DNA of 64,000 nt from Candidatus Poribacteria bacterium (GCA_965116925.1 OZ220744.1:2144001-2208000); one strand, 5' to 3'; positions 41,707-52,639 are shown, numbered from the stretch's first letter. The notes: generated by a model from the sequence alone, not told the origin. Numbers and translations are program-made.

Positions 41707-42866
41707 TTATAACTGAACGGAGATAATCTCACTATCTTGCAACGCTTCCGGCAGATCATCTGGAAAGCTCTGAATCTCCCGGAAATCGGGTACGGGCAGC
41801 GGAATCCCACCCTGATTGATTGATGCCTCCGAAACCAATCCCGGCACTGTCATATCGAGAGATTCGTAAACATCGATTGGGGGCTTTGCGTTGTTGATAA
41901 TTGAATCAGCAAACTCTCGGATCTCAAAGTAGTCTCCACCGCCGTGCCCAGCGCGTAAGGCTTCCTCCGGCGGATTGCGCCACATCTCCGGCATAAACTC
42001 CTCCTCGAAATCCCACAACGAACGCCACTCCATTTTCTCGTCATAGTCTGCCAACCAGATCTTCGGCGCATCGCCAAAGCCGCGTGGTGCCTCGTAGCAT
42101 CCCTGTGTCCCTTGCAAACTATAATAGGTGAGGTTGTGCGGACGGTTGGAAAGCATATCAACCCGGATTTCAATCAGTCCGCCGTTTGTCGTCTTGCACA
42201 TCATTGTCGTGCTATCTTCGTTTTCGTAATGTGCGCCGCGCGGATCGCGATAATGGTGCCCTGTGCCGAAACAGGAGACAGTACAGACGCGCTCATCGAA
42301 CCATTGTAACACGGGACCGAGGCTATGTGTCGGATAGGTTGATCCATTACGTCCGGTCTGCCATTTGCGTCGCCACTTTGTTCTTTCGTTACCCCCCTTC
42401 AGTTCATGGATATATGCGCCTTCGCCAAAATAGATCTCACCAAACAAACCACGCCGCGCGAGTTCGCGCACCAACACATTCGGCTTCATATAGGTATAGT
42501 TTTCCGCCATCATATACTTCTTCCCACTCTGTCTGACAGCGTTGACGAGGTGCCAACACTGTTCAAGGTCTGTTGCGGCGGGGACTTCAGAGAGCACATG
42601 CTTACCTTCCGAAAGTGCAATGACGGCTTGGGGAACGTGCAAGGGCATCGGTGTAGAGACGAGAATCACATCGAGGTCCGACTTTGCCATTTTTCAAAGT
42701 CTGTGTATCGCTCTTCTATCCCGTGCTGATCACCTACCTGATTTAGGATTTCAGTGTTGATATCACATATAGCAACGAGAGCAGTTTCATTCACAGTTTG
42801 GAATGCCCGGATAAACCCTGAACCGCGTGGGACTCCTACCAAGCCGACTTTCAGTTCGCTTGTCAT
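41707..42866 (-). pseudogene. Gfo/Idh/MocA oxidoreductase split by a 1-bp frameshift
   Basis: ORF 42666-42866 (Rossmann start ...RYTDFEK) continues in ORF 41707-42690 (MAKSDLDVILVSTP..SEVPA) if one A is added to the A5 run at 42690-42694. Confidence 0.85.
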
Positions 42867-42923
42867 AGACCTACCTCTTAGATGTAGTTGACTAATCTAC
42901 CTTGAGATTTATGTCCTGTTTTT

Positions 42924-43403
42924 TTATTGATTTGATTCATGCGCTTCCTGTTCGTATACCAGCGGTTTTCCAACGATTTGTGCCAATTCCCTCCCCTGTC
43001 CCTCAATCTGATTTATCTGATAGGCGCGGGTAATGGAAAGTTGTGAGCCATCAACGAGGAGAAAGTAAAGATGCAAAATTTTAAGGAACTTCCCACGAGC
43101 TCTAATCCGCACAGAGCGGATGCCTGAAAATGGTATTGGGCGCGCATCGGGAAAAAGGAATAGGATACGCCGTTGCCACAGAATATCGCGTAGCGGGATC
43201 CGGATATCAATCCTCACGGTGTAAGTCAAGAGATGTAGCCCCATGAGCAAGAAGGGAACAGCAATCCATATCCGGTCATCCATCTTCAACTCTAACATGA
43301 GCGACCCAGCTATTCCAAACCAAATCAGACTAGAAAGTCGAGAGGCAAGGCTGCGTCTAAGAATAATTGTGTCTGGATTGGGTTTCTTGAGAATAAGAGC
43401 CAT
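42924..43403 (-). CDS. Hypothetical membrane protein (2 TM helices plus a small soluble domain)
   Basis: Two hydrophobic segments near the N-terminus. Confidence 0.65.
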   Translation of the reverse strand: MALILKKPNPDTIILRRSLASRLSSLIWFGIAGSLMLELKMDDRIWIAVPFLLMGLHLLTYTVRIDIRIPLRDILWQRRILFLFPDARPIPFSGIRSVRIRARGKFLKILHLYFLLVDGSQLSITRAYQINQIEGQGRELAQIVGKPLVYEQEAHESNQ

Positions 43404-43566
43404 GGGTAAAACTTACGCTGAATATTCTGTATTACATCTGCTGATACGCCAACGGGTATTGTAGTACCCAAATCACTAATGTGTCTATGGTCTTGGAAGT
43501 TTCTTCTTTTGTGCAGTAACGGTACTAGAGATTCACAGGGTTATTGGACATCAATTTTCCCATCTA

Positions 43567-43956
43567 TTACACCTCAACCTTGTAGTTCAATTCAATTTCG
43601 TCACCCGGCATACCGCGGAACCCCCAGTTGTGCTTGGGTGTCTCAGTGATTGTAATTTCAAGATCTTGTGGAGTGATATTCAGTTGTTGATACACTCTTT
43701 CAAAAAGCAGACGAATCAGGTGTTTCTTCGTTTCTACAGATCTGCCTTCAAACATACTAATCTCAATAATCGTGTACTTTGTCGTGCGTCCACTGGGATA
43801 ATAGAAATCAGAAGGATCTAGCGGAAAGAAACGATGGGCTCTTTTATCCTCCGGAAAATGCAAGGCATCAACGACACACGAATGAATGACATCGGAGAGT
43901 TCTGCTTTAATAGGGTCAAGGCTCTCCTTTAGTCCATAGATTTTAATCTGCGACAT
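43567..43956 (-). CDS. Tautomerase family protein
   Basis: IEISMFEGRSVETKK..DLEITITETPKHNWGFRG. Confidence 0.88.
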   Translation of the reverse strand: MSQIKIYGLKESLDPIKAELSDVIHSCVVDALHFPEDKRAHRFFPLDPSDFYYPSGRTTKYTIIEISMFEGRSVETKKHLIRLLFERVYQQLNITPQDLEITITETPKHNWGFRGMPGDEIELNYKVEV

Positions 43957-43975
43957 TGCATTTCCTTTTGGCGAA

Positions 43976-44833
43976 TTAGGCTGTCAGAATCTCGACACCG
44001 GTCTCCGTTACGCGCACGGTATGCTCCCATTGCGCTGATAGCGAACCATCAACGGTGACGACTGTCCAGCCATCTGGAAGTGTCGTGCATTCGCAGCGAC
44101 CGGCGTTAATCATAGGTTCAATTGTAAACACCATATTCGGCACCATTGGCGGGCCATCATTTCTTTTGCCGTAGTGGGGAACCTGAGGGGCTTCCCAGAA
44201 CTCTAAACCCGTGCCGTGCCCGCACAATTCACGGACGACGGAATATCCGAGACTCTCGGCATGCTGCTGGATTGTGTAGCCGATGTCACCAATCGTGTTG
44301 CCGGGTTTCACTACATCAATACCAAAGTACATACACGCTTTCGTGTCCTCGATTAATCGTAGAGCTTCCTCTGATGCTTCACCGATTACGAACATACGAC
44401 TGGTATCGCCAAAATATCCATCCAGAATTGGAGTAACATCGACATTAATGATATCCCCGTCCTTCAAGACCGTATCATCGGGAATCCCGTGACAGATAAC
44501 ATTGTTAATCGAAGTACAGCAGCTTTTATTAAATCCCTTTACATCGAGGGTCGCAGGATATCCACCGTGGTCGCAGGTGAATTCGTAGACCCAGTGGTCA
44601 ATATCCTTAGTTTCTACGCCAGCTTCAATTCGTCCTTCCAGCATGTCCAAGGTTTTCCGCGCCAATTGACCGCTTCTACGGATGCCCTCAATCTGCTCCT
44701 CGGTCTTAATGATAATGCCTGACGCCATTCGTGGCTGAGATGTTCCTGATTTTTTATCCTGCTTGAGGTGGCAATTTTTATATCTTCTACCACTCCCACA
44801 CCAGCAAGGTTCATTTCGTGATAGTCTTCTCAT
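43976..44833 (-). CDS. map: Type I methionine aminopeptidase with N-terminal SEC-C motif
   Basis: SRNEPCWCGSGRRYKNCH; CTSINNVICHGIP, DVT..GDTS, FTIEPMIN, SAQWEHT. Confidence 0.95.
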   Translation of the reverse strand: MRRLSRNEPCWCGSGRRYKNCHLKQDKKSGTSQPRMASGIIIKTEEQIEGIRRSGQLARKTLDMLEGRIEAGVETKDIDHWVYEFTCDHGGYPATLDVKGFNKSCCTSINNVICHGIPDDTVLKDGDIINVDVTPILDGYFGDTSRMFVIGEASEEALRLIEDTKACMYFGIDVVKPGNTIGDIGYTIQQHAESLGYSVVRELCGHGTGLEFWEAPQVPHYGKRNDGPPMVPNMVFTIEPMINAGRCECTTLPDGWTVVTVDGSLSAQWEHTVRVTETGVEILTA

Positions 44834-44945
44834 TGTTATTAATCTTGCTAAAACCCTGTTTGGACCGGAACGGTTAATCTTGTATACTGTGAAAGGTTGT
44901 GAATCATAGAAATCGACAATATAAAATCTCTCTTGGATTATCTAC

Positions 44946-45707
44946 CTACCACGTCTCAAAATCCTTGATACAGGCTACGACCTCACTCGTGATGGCGTTA
45001 AGCAATGATTCCCCTTTTTCCGGCGTGGCGTGTTGCGGTTTCCCCATGGCCCCGGTCGGTGCCCACGTGACTAGTCGCTTACCGACATTGATGCGTCCGC
45101 CGTGCTCGCTATGGTAAAATGGTGAATCTATCAGCGGTGGACTGGACGTTACCCGATCCATCCGCATGATCTCGCCGTGCAAAAACAACATCATTGAGGT
45201 TTCGTACTCACAAGCGTGTGTCAGCTGCGGTGTCTCCATCCTATGAAGTTCTGGTGCCATCGCTGGTTCAGCCACGGTCCAATAAGAGGATAACGCAATC
45301 CACATATTGTTATAAATTTCCGATTCGTTCGCTAGCTCCGTGATTGCTTGTGTGCCGGGAACCACATTTCCTCCGTGACCGTTGAGCAAAAACACACGTT
45401 GAAAGCCTGCCTTGGCGATAGATCTGACAACGTTTTTGATCATCAACGTGTAAATGTGATTAGGGACACTCACCGTGCCGGGACGATCTAGATGATGGTC
45501 TGACGCACCAAGCCATAACGTCGGCAACAGATAGATCCCCTCACTGAGCTGTTTTTCGACGCGTTGTGCCACTGCGGTTACAAGATAGGTATCCGTCAGT
45601 AGTGGGGAGTGATGGCCATGCTGCTCCAGTGATCCAAGTGGAAGAACGACGACTTTCTCTTTGTCTGCCTCCTGCATATCAACCCAACAGTTGTCTCCAT
45701 ATTGCAT
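44946..45707 (-). CDS. Creatininase family amidohydrolase
   Basis: PLGSLEQHG, SDHH, LNGHGGN, HACEYETS. Confidence 0.92.
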   Translation of the reverse strand: MQYGDNCWVDMQEADKEKVVVLPLGSLEQHGHHSPLLTDTYLVTAVAQRVEKQLSEGIYLLPTLWLGASDHHLDRPGTVSVPNHIYTLMIKNVVRSIAKAGFQRVFLLNGHGGNVVPGTQAITELANESEIYNNMWIALSSYWTVAEPAMAPELHRMETPQLTHACEYETSMMLFLHGEIMRMDRVTSSPPLIDSPFYHSEHGGRINVGKRLVTWAPTGAMGKPQHATPEKGESLLNAITSEVVACIKDFETW

Positions 45708-45799
45708 ATGAATGTGTCCTCCTGAATATAATAGCTGATCTAAATTTATGTTTCAACCTGATGCTGTATGGCGGTTAAAAAGTTTATAGCAAACTGCTA

Positions 45800-47023
45800 T
45801 CAATCGCTTAACTGATCCAGAGCCTCCGCTAACCGCTCTATCCCCGTGTTGATTGTTTCGAGACTCACCGCATAAGCAAAGCGAAGATGCCCTGGACGCT
45901 GAAACTTGCTCCCCGGCACTGTTACAACATTCGCGCTTTCAATTAAGTAGTGCGCTAACTCTTCGTCCGTATTGAGGAGTTTTCCTTCCGGTGTCCGACG
46001 CCCACAGTAGCGGCGTATATCAGGAAAAAAATAGAACGCCCCCGATGGACGCTCCCAAGGTGCACCCGTCACTAGTTCGCTAAAACGTTCCATCAATGCC
46101 TCTCGTCGCACCAAGAGTGCATCCCGAATTTGGTGTCGTAGGCGCAGATCTGCATCTTTCCGTAAAAAATGTGCGTACCCTTTCTGCGTGGGTAGGTTGA
46201 CGCACGAGGAGGTATTTCCCTCAACATTTGCTATTGTCCCCATCAACGCTTCCGGTCCCGCAATGAATCCTAGGCGAAGCCCTGTGCCCGAAACCTCCTT
46301 GGACATACCTCCAACGAGCAGGGTCTGATTGGGAAGGTATGAGGCAATACTCACATGTTCGATACCATCATAGATGATAGTGCGGTAAACTTCATCTGAT
46401 AAAATGCAGATCTGTTCGTGCTTTCCAATGATTTCGGCAAGTTCGCGTAACAGTGAATCCGGATAGACAGCCCCTGTCGGGTTATTTGGGGAATTTAGCA
46501 CAATCAGTGCAATCGTATCATCTTGGTTTAAAAGGTCAGCTAATTGATTTGGATCCGGTAGGAAATGTGGGTCAGTCTGCAAAATAATAGGTGGTTTACC
46601 CGTCAACAGGATAGGGAGATTCTCGAAAGATTCGTAGGTTGGGGCAAACGTGACCAATCGGTTCCGGCGAGAACTCGGGTTCAGCATCGTCACGCAGATT
46701 TTGAAGACCGCATCTTTGGGTCCAGGACAGACGACAATCTCTGACGGAGAATAGCTTAATCCGAACAGACAAAGGTCAGCATGAATGGCTTCAAGTAGTT
46801 CTGGATCGCCCGCCGCCGGAGAATAGTGCGTTGCATCCTCCATTACGGCTTGGGAGATTGCGGTTTTCAAGGAGTGAGGGACCGGAATCTCTGGGTTCAT
46901 TTCACCAATTCCGAAATCGTAAATCTGCTTTCCTTCCAGTCGCAGTTTGTCCGCTATAGATTTGATTTCCAGAGTCGGTGATAGTTTTATCTGTTGTGCC
47001 CAAGTTGATGGCGTCAGTCCCAT
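45800..47023 (-). CDS. PLP-dependent aminotransferase class I/II
   Basis: NSPNNPTG, SDEVY, GMSK..GLRLG, GAFY. Confidence 0.92.
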   Translation of the reverse strand: MGLTPSTWAQQIKLSPTLEIKSIADKLRLEGKQIYDFGIGEMNPEIPVPHSLKTAISQAVMEDATHYSPAAGDPELLEAIHADLCLFGLSYSPSEIVVCPGPKDAVFKICVTMLNPSSRRNRLVTFAPTYESFENLPILLTGKPPIILQTDPHFLPDPNQLADLLNQDDTIALIVLNSPNNPTGAVYPDSLLRELAEIIGKHEQICILSDEVYRTIIYDGIEHVSIASYLPNQTLLVGGMSKEVSGTGLRLGFIAGPEALMGTIANVEGNTSSCVNLPTQKGYAHFLRKDADLRLRHQIRDALLVRREALMERFSELVTGAPWERPSGAFYFFPDIRRYCGRRTPEGKLLNTDEELAHYLIESANVVTVPGSKFQRPGHLRFAYAVSLETINTGIERLAEALDQLSD

Positions 47024-47220
47024 AGAAAAATTCCCTCGTGATCTGTGAGATGGTGTGTTGATGGGTTTACGGCGTCCCAAACCTGTCGAAATAATAGCAT
47101 GAAGTACGCAACGTCGTCAATCTCAAACTTGTACCGGGTAAGGACATTTAATTCTCCTGTAGGAGGGATCTCCGAATCCCGACACCTCACTAAATAGTCC
47201 TATCACCGACCAAAAAAACA

Positions 47221-47261
47221 TTGACAGTCGAAAGTTAAGAGATTATACTTCATAATATGAA
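47221..47261 (+). promoter_or_regulatory. sigma70 promoter of argC with an adjacent palindrome
   Basis: TTGACA-17bp-TATACT (47244-47249); TTCATA-A-TATGAA at 47249-47261. Confidence 0.75.
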
Positions 47262-47324
47262 CTGCAAGGGTTAATCTCGTTATTCGATCGTTCTTGAATC
47301 CAAGTATAGAAAAGGAGGCAGATC

Positions 47325-48296
47325 ATGTATAGCATCGGCATATACGGCAACACCGGCATGGTGGGCCAAGAGATTGAAAAAGTCTTAGAAAATCACGATC
47401 AGGTTGAAGTCTGCTTCAGGAAAAATTCAAGAAGAGAAGAAGGAGTGCTGAACTCCTGCGAACTGGTCTTTCTGGCGACGAAAGATCCAGAATCAATGAC
47501 GTTTGCACCGCCAATTTTTGAACTTGGCAAGAAAGTGATTGATATGAGCGGTGCCTTCAGATTTCCCAGAGAGGAATTTGAAGAAGAGTACGCACCCCGA
47601 ATTGGATTGAATCCCTACGAATCAACGGATTACGTTCCGGAATTGCTAGCGGAAGCCGTTTATGGGATGCCGGCACTGCTGCAAGATCAGATCGCTCAGG
47701 CACGACTCGTCGGGAATCCGGGTTGCTACCCGACGAGTGTTGTTCTAGCTTTAAGACCCCTTAAAGGGATTGTCCAAGGAGAAGCGACAATTGTAGCAAC
47801 TTCGGGCATTTCCGGCGCACGAAAGGATGTTGAAGAGGTGCCCAATGAAATCACGTACGCTTACGGCAGAAGGCACAAGCACATCCCGGAGATGGAGCTA
47901 TACTCCGGTTTTCGTGTCAACTTTACCCCCATCGTCCTACAGTCTGTTTTTAGGGGGATTAATACGAACATCAGAGTTGAATTGACGGAACCGCTGAAAG
48001 AGCTCTCTGAAGAGGCGGCTGTTGAGCAGTTGAGTCAGACCATCCGTAACGCTTACCAACCGGAGGATTTGGTGTTCATCGTAGAAGATACCGCTGATAA
48101 GCAGTGGGGCACACGCGATATTGCCGACACACATAAGCTCCTCGTCAAAGTAAGAGTCGATGAAGGATACGCCTATATCTGTTCCCTTGAAGACAACCTT
48201 GGCAAAGGTGCTGCTAGCCAAGCAGTCGAGAACATGAATATTATGCTCGGACTACCACGGCTATACGGTATCGAACCTGCGTATAGTACGAGTTGA
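47325..48296 (+). CDS. argC: N-acetyl-gamma-glutamyl-phosphate reductase
   Basis: IDMSGAFR, YGMP, GNPGCYPT, SGISGA, HKHIPE, DNLGKGAASQAVENMN. Confidence 0.9.
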   Translation: MYSIGIYGNTGMVGQEIEKVLENHDQVEVCFRKNSRREEGVLNSCELVFLATKDPESMTFAPPIFELGKKVIDMSGAFRFPREEFEEEYAPRIGLNPYESTDYVPELLAEAVYGMPALLQDQIAQARLVGNPGCYPTSVVLALRPLKGIVQGEATIVATSGISGARKDVEEVPNEITYAYGRRHKHIPEMELYSGFRVNFTPIVLQSVFRGINTNIRVELTEPLKELSEEAAVEQLSQTIRNAYQPEDLVFIVEDTADKQWGTRDIADTHKLLVKVRVDEGYAYICSLEDNLGKGAASQAVENMNIMLGLPRLYGIEPAYSTS

Positions 48297-48548
48297 ATGG
48301 AGGTGTGCAAATAGATTTCCACATGAGTAGAAATAAGCAGATCGCTATAAGAAATGGTTCTGCGGCTCCCAATGTTGCCAATCAGCGGGACGGCTGCTGA
48401 TTGGCAATACCGTTGTTCAGATACTAATCCCACCGAGTCACTGTGTTTCAACCCCCAAAATCACGACAATGACCACCCCCGTCGAACAGGCCTTTCCACA
48501 CCGACAAGAATATTGAATTAATAACGCTAATTTTCAAAGGAGAATTTA

Positions 48549-49454
48549 ATGTCCGCAAACAGTTATCGTGGTGTATTCGTCATTCCATCTACACCGTTCC
48601 AAGAAAACGGAGAAATTGATGTTCCCAGTTTCCAACGCATGATCAATTTCTGCATCGAGTGTGGTTCACACGGCTTGGTTTATCCCGTGAACGCCAGCGA
48701 GTTTACCGCCCTCAGTGATGCGGAACGGTTTCAGATGTCGGAGATACTCGTTAAGCAGAACGCTGGTCGGTTGCCTGCCATTATCGGCGTTGCGGGAGTG
48801 ACACAGGAGATCGCGGAAGTGTTCGCCAAACACGCGCGCGATATTGGCGCGGACGGTGTCATCGCTATGCCGCCGTACATCCATCATATATCTGAAAGCC
48901 TCACCTTTGACTATTACCAAGCAATCTCAGATGCGGCACAAATGCCGGTTTTCATCCAGAACAATATGCCGCCGATTGGGTCAAACCTGTCGGCAGAATG
49001 CTTGCTTAAACTCTGTCGGGAGATTGAGCATGTCGAATACATCAAGGAGGAGACGCTGCCTAGCACGGTAAAATTGACCGCTGTGATGGAAGGAAACGAT
49101 GGCTCGTGCAAGGGGGTATTTGGCGGAGCAGGTGGACGTTATCTGATTGAGGAATATAGGCGTGGGAGTGCGGGACAGATGCCAGCCAGCCATGTCACTG
49201 AGGTCGTCGTCGCTTTATGGGACGCTTTAGAGACAGGCGATGAGGAACGATCAACCTATATTTACAAAGAGATGGCACCGCTTTTCCTCTTTGAACATCA
49301 ACTCCCCGGCTGTTACAAAGAGGTCCTGTATCGGCGTGGGATTATTGATTGTCCGCTCAAGCGTAATGGACAGATGCCGTTAGACGAGATCGCCTCGAAA
49401 TATTTGGATGAAATTCTCGCAAGGTTGGAGCCGTTGATGACTTGGAAAAAGTAA
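48549..49454 (+). CDS. Dihydrodipicolinate synthase family aldolase
   Basis: STPF..GEID, SEFTALSDAER, GADGVIAMPPY, YIKEE. Confidence 0.88.
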   Translation: MSANSYRGVFVIPSTPFQENGEIDVPSFQRMINFCIECGSHGLVYPVNASEFTALSDAERFQMSEILVKQNAGRLPAIIGVAGVTQEIAEVFAKHARDIGADGVIAMPPYIHHISESLTFDYYQAISDAAQMPVFIQNNMPPIGSNLSAECLLKLCREIEHVEYIKEETLPSTVKLTAVMEGNDGSCKGVFGGAGGRYLIEEYRRGSAGQMPASHVTEVVVALWDALETGDEERSTYIYKEMAPLFLFEHQLPGCYKEVLYRRGIIDCPLKRNGQMPLDEIASKYLDEILARLEPLMTWKK

Positions 49455-49528
49455 CTACGGTGGGTTGGCATGGTAGGGAAGGTTGTAGGGAACAACGATC
49501 GTTGTTCCCTACTAAAACACAAATCGGG

Positions 49529-50377
49529 TTAGGGGATAACCGCATCTTCTCCGAGATGTTCCTGGATCCAATCTCTGAGAGGAACATCCTCGTCTTTCGG
49601 GGAGGTGTATCCCAATCCCCCTGTGCTAGCACCCAGCAACTGCCGCCGAATGGGATCGCTGCGCTCCATATAGTGGTCAACGGTCATATTGTCTCTCGGT
49701 CGCAACCACCGATAGCTGTAACCGTAGAACAATACCTTTCGGGTGATATCGGAATGATTCGGACTTGCGGAATGCCAGATTCGTCGATCGAAAAATACCG
49801 CCGTACCGGGCGGCACTTTCACCGCTGTCGTCCCTTCTGGATTTGAGACTCCATCTTCAGGCAGGTCTAACTCGTTCTGCAAATGGCTGCCGGGCAGGAC
49901 ATAGAAATTCCCACTTCCCTCTACCGTTGTGTCAGTCAGAAAGTAACCGATCTTGAGAGAGATTCGCGGACGGGGATTGCTTTCCAAGTCGCTGTTCAGA
50001 CGTCCGCTGTCTTGGTGCCAGCCCAAACGCCCCTCATCCGATCTTTCTTCGGGTGGTAATGGCGGCGTGATCCCCAAGTGTGAGTGGTAAAGCTGGATGT
50101 GCCATCCCAAGATGCCCCACACCTTCGGAAATGTCTTATACCAATCCAGCAACTCTAGGAAGCTATCATCCTTCCCAATGAAGTCGAAGATATTCAGCCG
50201 TTCATGGGGGGACAAGTCTTGCTGGGGTCGAAGTTCTGCCTCAAGCCGATCTAAAACGGCGTTAAGGTCATCGACTATCTTCGGGGGCAACGCATCTTCA
50301 ACGATGAAGAAACCGTTCTTATCAAATTGGAGTCGTTCTTCATGCGTCAGGCAATAATCTAAACATGCAGTATCCAT
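49529..50377 (-). CDS. Phytanoyl-CoA dioxygenase (PhyH) family protein
   Basis: WHQD, LPGSH, FDRRIWHSA. Confidence 0.9.
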   Translation of the reverse strand: MDTACLDYCLTHEERLQFDKNGFFIVEDALPPKIVDDLNAVLDRLEAELRPQQDLSPHERLNIFDFIGKDDSFLELLDWYKTFPKVWGILGWHIQLYHSHLGITPPLPPEERSDEGRLGWHQDSGRLNSDLESNPRPRISLKIGYFLTDTTVEGSGNFYVLPGSHLQNELDLPEDGVSNPEGTTAVKVPPGTAVFFDRRIWHSASPNHSDITRKVLFYGYSYRWLRPRDNMTVDHYMERSDPIRRQLLGASTGGLGYTSPKDEDVPLRDWIQEHLGEDAVIP

Positions 50378-50482
50378 ATATACCTCCTCTACTGTTTCCC
50401 AAATTCTGAGTTCGGCAGATTTTCATTATAGCATATTATATCAGATATTCATGCCTGTGTAAATAAAGAATAACAACCTTAT

Positions 50483-51804
50483 TAGGGTCATTTAGTTTTT
50501 CCCGTTGATTAAGTTAAAAGCGTGTAGTGGGTGTGCGGCGCAATAGCGCATTGTTTGTGTGATACTATTGTATCCAGCAAATCGCAACACCGCTAGTGCG
50601 GTATTGCGCAAAGCACTCATTACCTGCGGAATCACACCGGAGCGCACTTGAGAGGCATCTTCGCCTAAAACCACATCACGCACCCAATGAGACTGATTTT
50701 CAATGGTCCAATGTCCGCGTCGCAAAGTGAGTAAGTCCTTTGCTGATGCCTCGGTTGGAGTTAGACTCGTTATCCCGTATTGGGTCTTTTGCTTCACTTG
50801 ACCGGTTGATATGTCAATCCGTTCGTAACAACACTCAAACACTTGCTCAACTCCAGGCCACTGTATGTAATCGTTCAGTGCGGTACTTGCTGTCAACGTT
50901 CGTGTCTCAATGCGCCCATGGCTTTTTTCAACGGTTTGATAGGTATCAAGCGTTTGGTTCAATTCGGTGTGCATCTGCTGAAGCGCGTTGTCAGTCGGTT
51001 GAGTTGCACTTATATCTGTCGGTGGGTCAAACAAACAGCGAATATCGTGATGTAACTGTTTGTGATTCAATCCCACCGGCACCACATAATCGGCGTCCAA
51101 AGCACATACTTTTTGACAAAAGTCACGCTGTGTCAGCAGCGCATCCGTCGTTACGATTTTGCCTTTGACGTCAAAGGCGGAAAGTATCTCAGTGGAGATA
51201 GGGATTTCATTGGTTTTGGTATCGACTGCCTTTTGGGTAATCGTTACCCCCAGTTGATGACTGACGACCGAGAGCAGATGGCTCACTGAGGCGTTTTGCT
51301 TGGCACTGCCACGAAGCGTTTTGCCATCAATAGCCACAGCCATTGAGCCTGACGCACCGGACACGCTTTGAAGGGTTTGAGTCACCCATTGGCTCAACAC
51401 TGCCTCCAACTTGCCGATGTCCAATCGCTTAAACAGGTTATGTAACGTCGCCGCACAAGGCGTTTGAGCGCGCGTAAAGCCAAGGGCTTGGATTAACGCA
51501 GGTGAATAGGTACGTCCCCATTGGGCTATCGCACTATAACTCCGATACCCACACATGATTGCAATCACCGACAAGGCAAGAATCGCACACAAAGGGTGCC
51601 GCTTCCCTTTGGCGTTGCGGGGATCCGTAACTTCTGCTAAAATATCTATCAAGTGACCAGACTTTGTTTGGGTCATATTTCACCTCAAAGGTTGTGGGAG
51701 ATTTTTAAGGTGAAGTATAGCAAGTGCGGCATCAAATGTCACGCCGCACTTTCACTAAAAACATGGACATACACAAACAAAAGGCCGAAAACTAAATGAC
51801 CCTA
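50483..51804 (-). mobile_element. Complete ISAs1-family insertion sequence (1322 bp)
   Basis: Perfect 17-bp TIRs TAGGGTCATTTAGTTTT (50483-50499, 51788-51804); 10-bp TSD ACAACCTTAT (50473-50482, 51805-51814). Confidence 0.95.
50492..51676 (-). CDS. ISAs1-family DDE transposase
   Basis: DPR..GKRHPL, AIDGKTLRGS, KTNEI, TTDALLTQ, KSHGRIETR, RGHWTIEN..HWVRDV..ED. Confidence 0.96.
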   Translation of the reverse strand: MTQTKSGHLIDILAEVTDPRNAKGKRHPLCAILALSVIAIMCGYRSYSAIAQWGRTYSPALIQALGFTRAQTPCAATLHNLFKRLDIGKLEAVLSQWVTQTLQSVSGASGSMAVAIDGKTLRGSAKQNASVSHLLSVVSHQLGVTITQKAVDTKTNEIPISTEILSAFDVKGKIVTTDALLTQRDFCQKVCALDADYVVPVGLNHKQLHHDIRCLFDPPTDISATQPTDNALQQMHTELNQTLDTYQTVEKSHGRIETRTLTASTALNDYIQWPGVEQVFECCYERIDISTGQVKQKTQYGITSLTPTEASAKDLLTLRRGHWTIENQSHWVRDVVLGEDASQVRSGVIPQVMSALRNTALAVLRFAGYNSITQTMRYCAAHPLHAFNLINGKN

Positions 51805-51863
51805 ACAACCTTATAGCAATATACGGAGCAGCAGTAATACTGCTTTTCAAGAAGTATTTTTAC

Positions 51864-52313
51864 CTACCGAAGGCTTTTACGGAAAAACACCTCACCGACT
51901 CCTTCATTAATACCCGTGATAAACCCACACTCCTCAAACCCCATACGCCGATGCCACGCTTGAGGTTCAGGTTCATCAGCTTGCGATGAGCTATAGAGCG
52001 CCTCGTGCCCTGCGTCGTAGAGAAAGGTTTCAATGAACTGAAGCAAGGCTTTACCAACCCCCTGCCGACGGTATTCCGGCAATACACGGATCAGGGAAAT
52101 ATACGGCATGATTGACCACAAATACTCAAGCCGTACATACCCTACCCTTTCGCCATTCCACTCAGCAATCACAACATCCTCAATGCGATCGGGATTCAAA
52201 GCAGCGTGCGCCTCAATTTTTCGTTTTAACACTTCAGGGGGAATGTACCCATCCTGATACGCGAAATCCAAGTCATCAACTCTTGCAAAGCGTATCACTA
52301 TCTCGTCAGGCAT
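51864..52313 (-). CDS. GNAT N-acetyltransferase
   Basis: VLPEYRRQGVGKALL; WHRRMGFEECG. Confidence 0.88.
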   Translation of the reverse strand: MPDEIVIRFARVDDLDFAYQDGYIPPEVLKRKIEAHAALNPDRIEDVVIAEWNGERVGYVRLEYLWSIMPYISLIRVLPEYRRQGVGKALLQFIETFLYDAGHEALYSSSQADEPEPQAWHRRMGFEECGFITGINEGVGEVFFRKSLR

Positions 52314-52414
52314 TTCTATTCCTCCTCTGTTGATTTTTAGAGTTTATACCACAGGGCGGGGGTATGTCAATCCTGTCGTTGTGAAAAGAGGAATTCATGG
52401 AGGATAGGACTATT

Positions 52415-52522
52415 TATAGTAGATTTTAGAATTAATGAGACACTCCAAATCGGCGCAGTTGGAAACAGCGCCTACCAAACATGGGGAGCGAAAGTGCCTA
52501 TTTATTTTTAGAATTCACTATA
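52415..52522 (+). mobile_element. 108-bp family A MITE, copy 2
   Basis: Same length, ends and core as 705-812. Confidence 0.8.
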
Positions 52523-52639
52523 TGTTGGGATTCGGAGATCCCTCCTACAGATCCAATGAGGCAAACCGGATTGACCGCAGAGACAGTATCGTGTTACAAT
52601 GCTGACACATTGATCATCGATAGGATCGAGGAAGAAACT

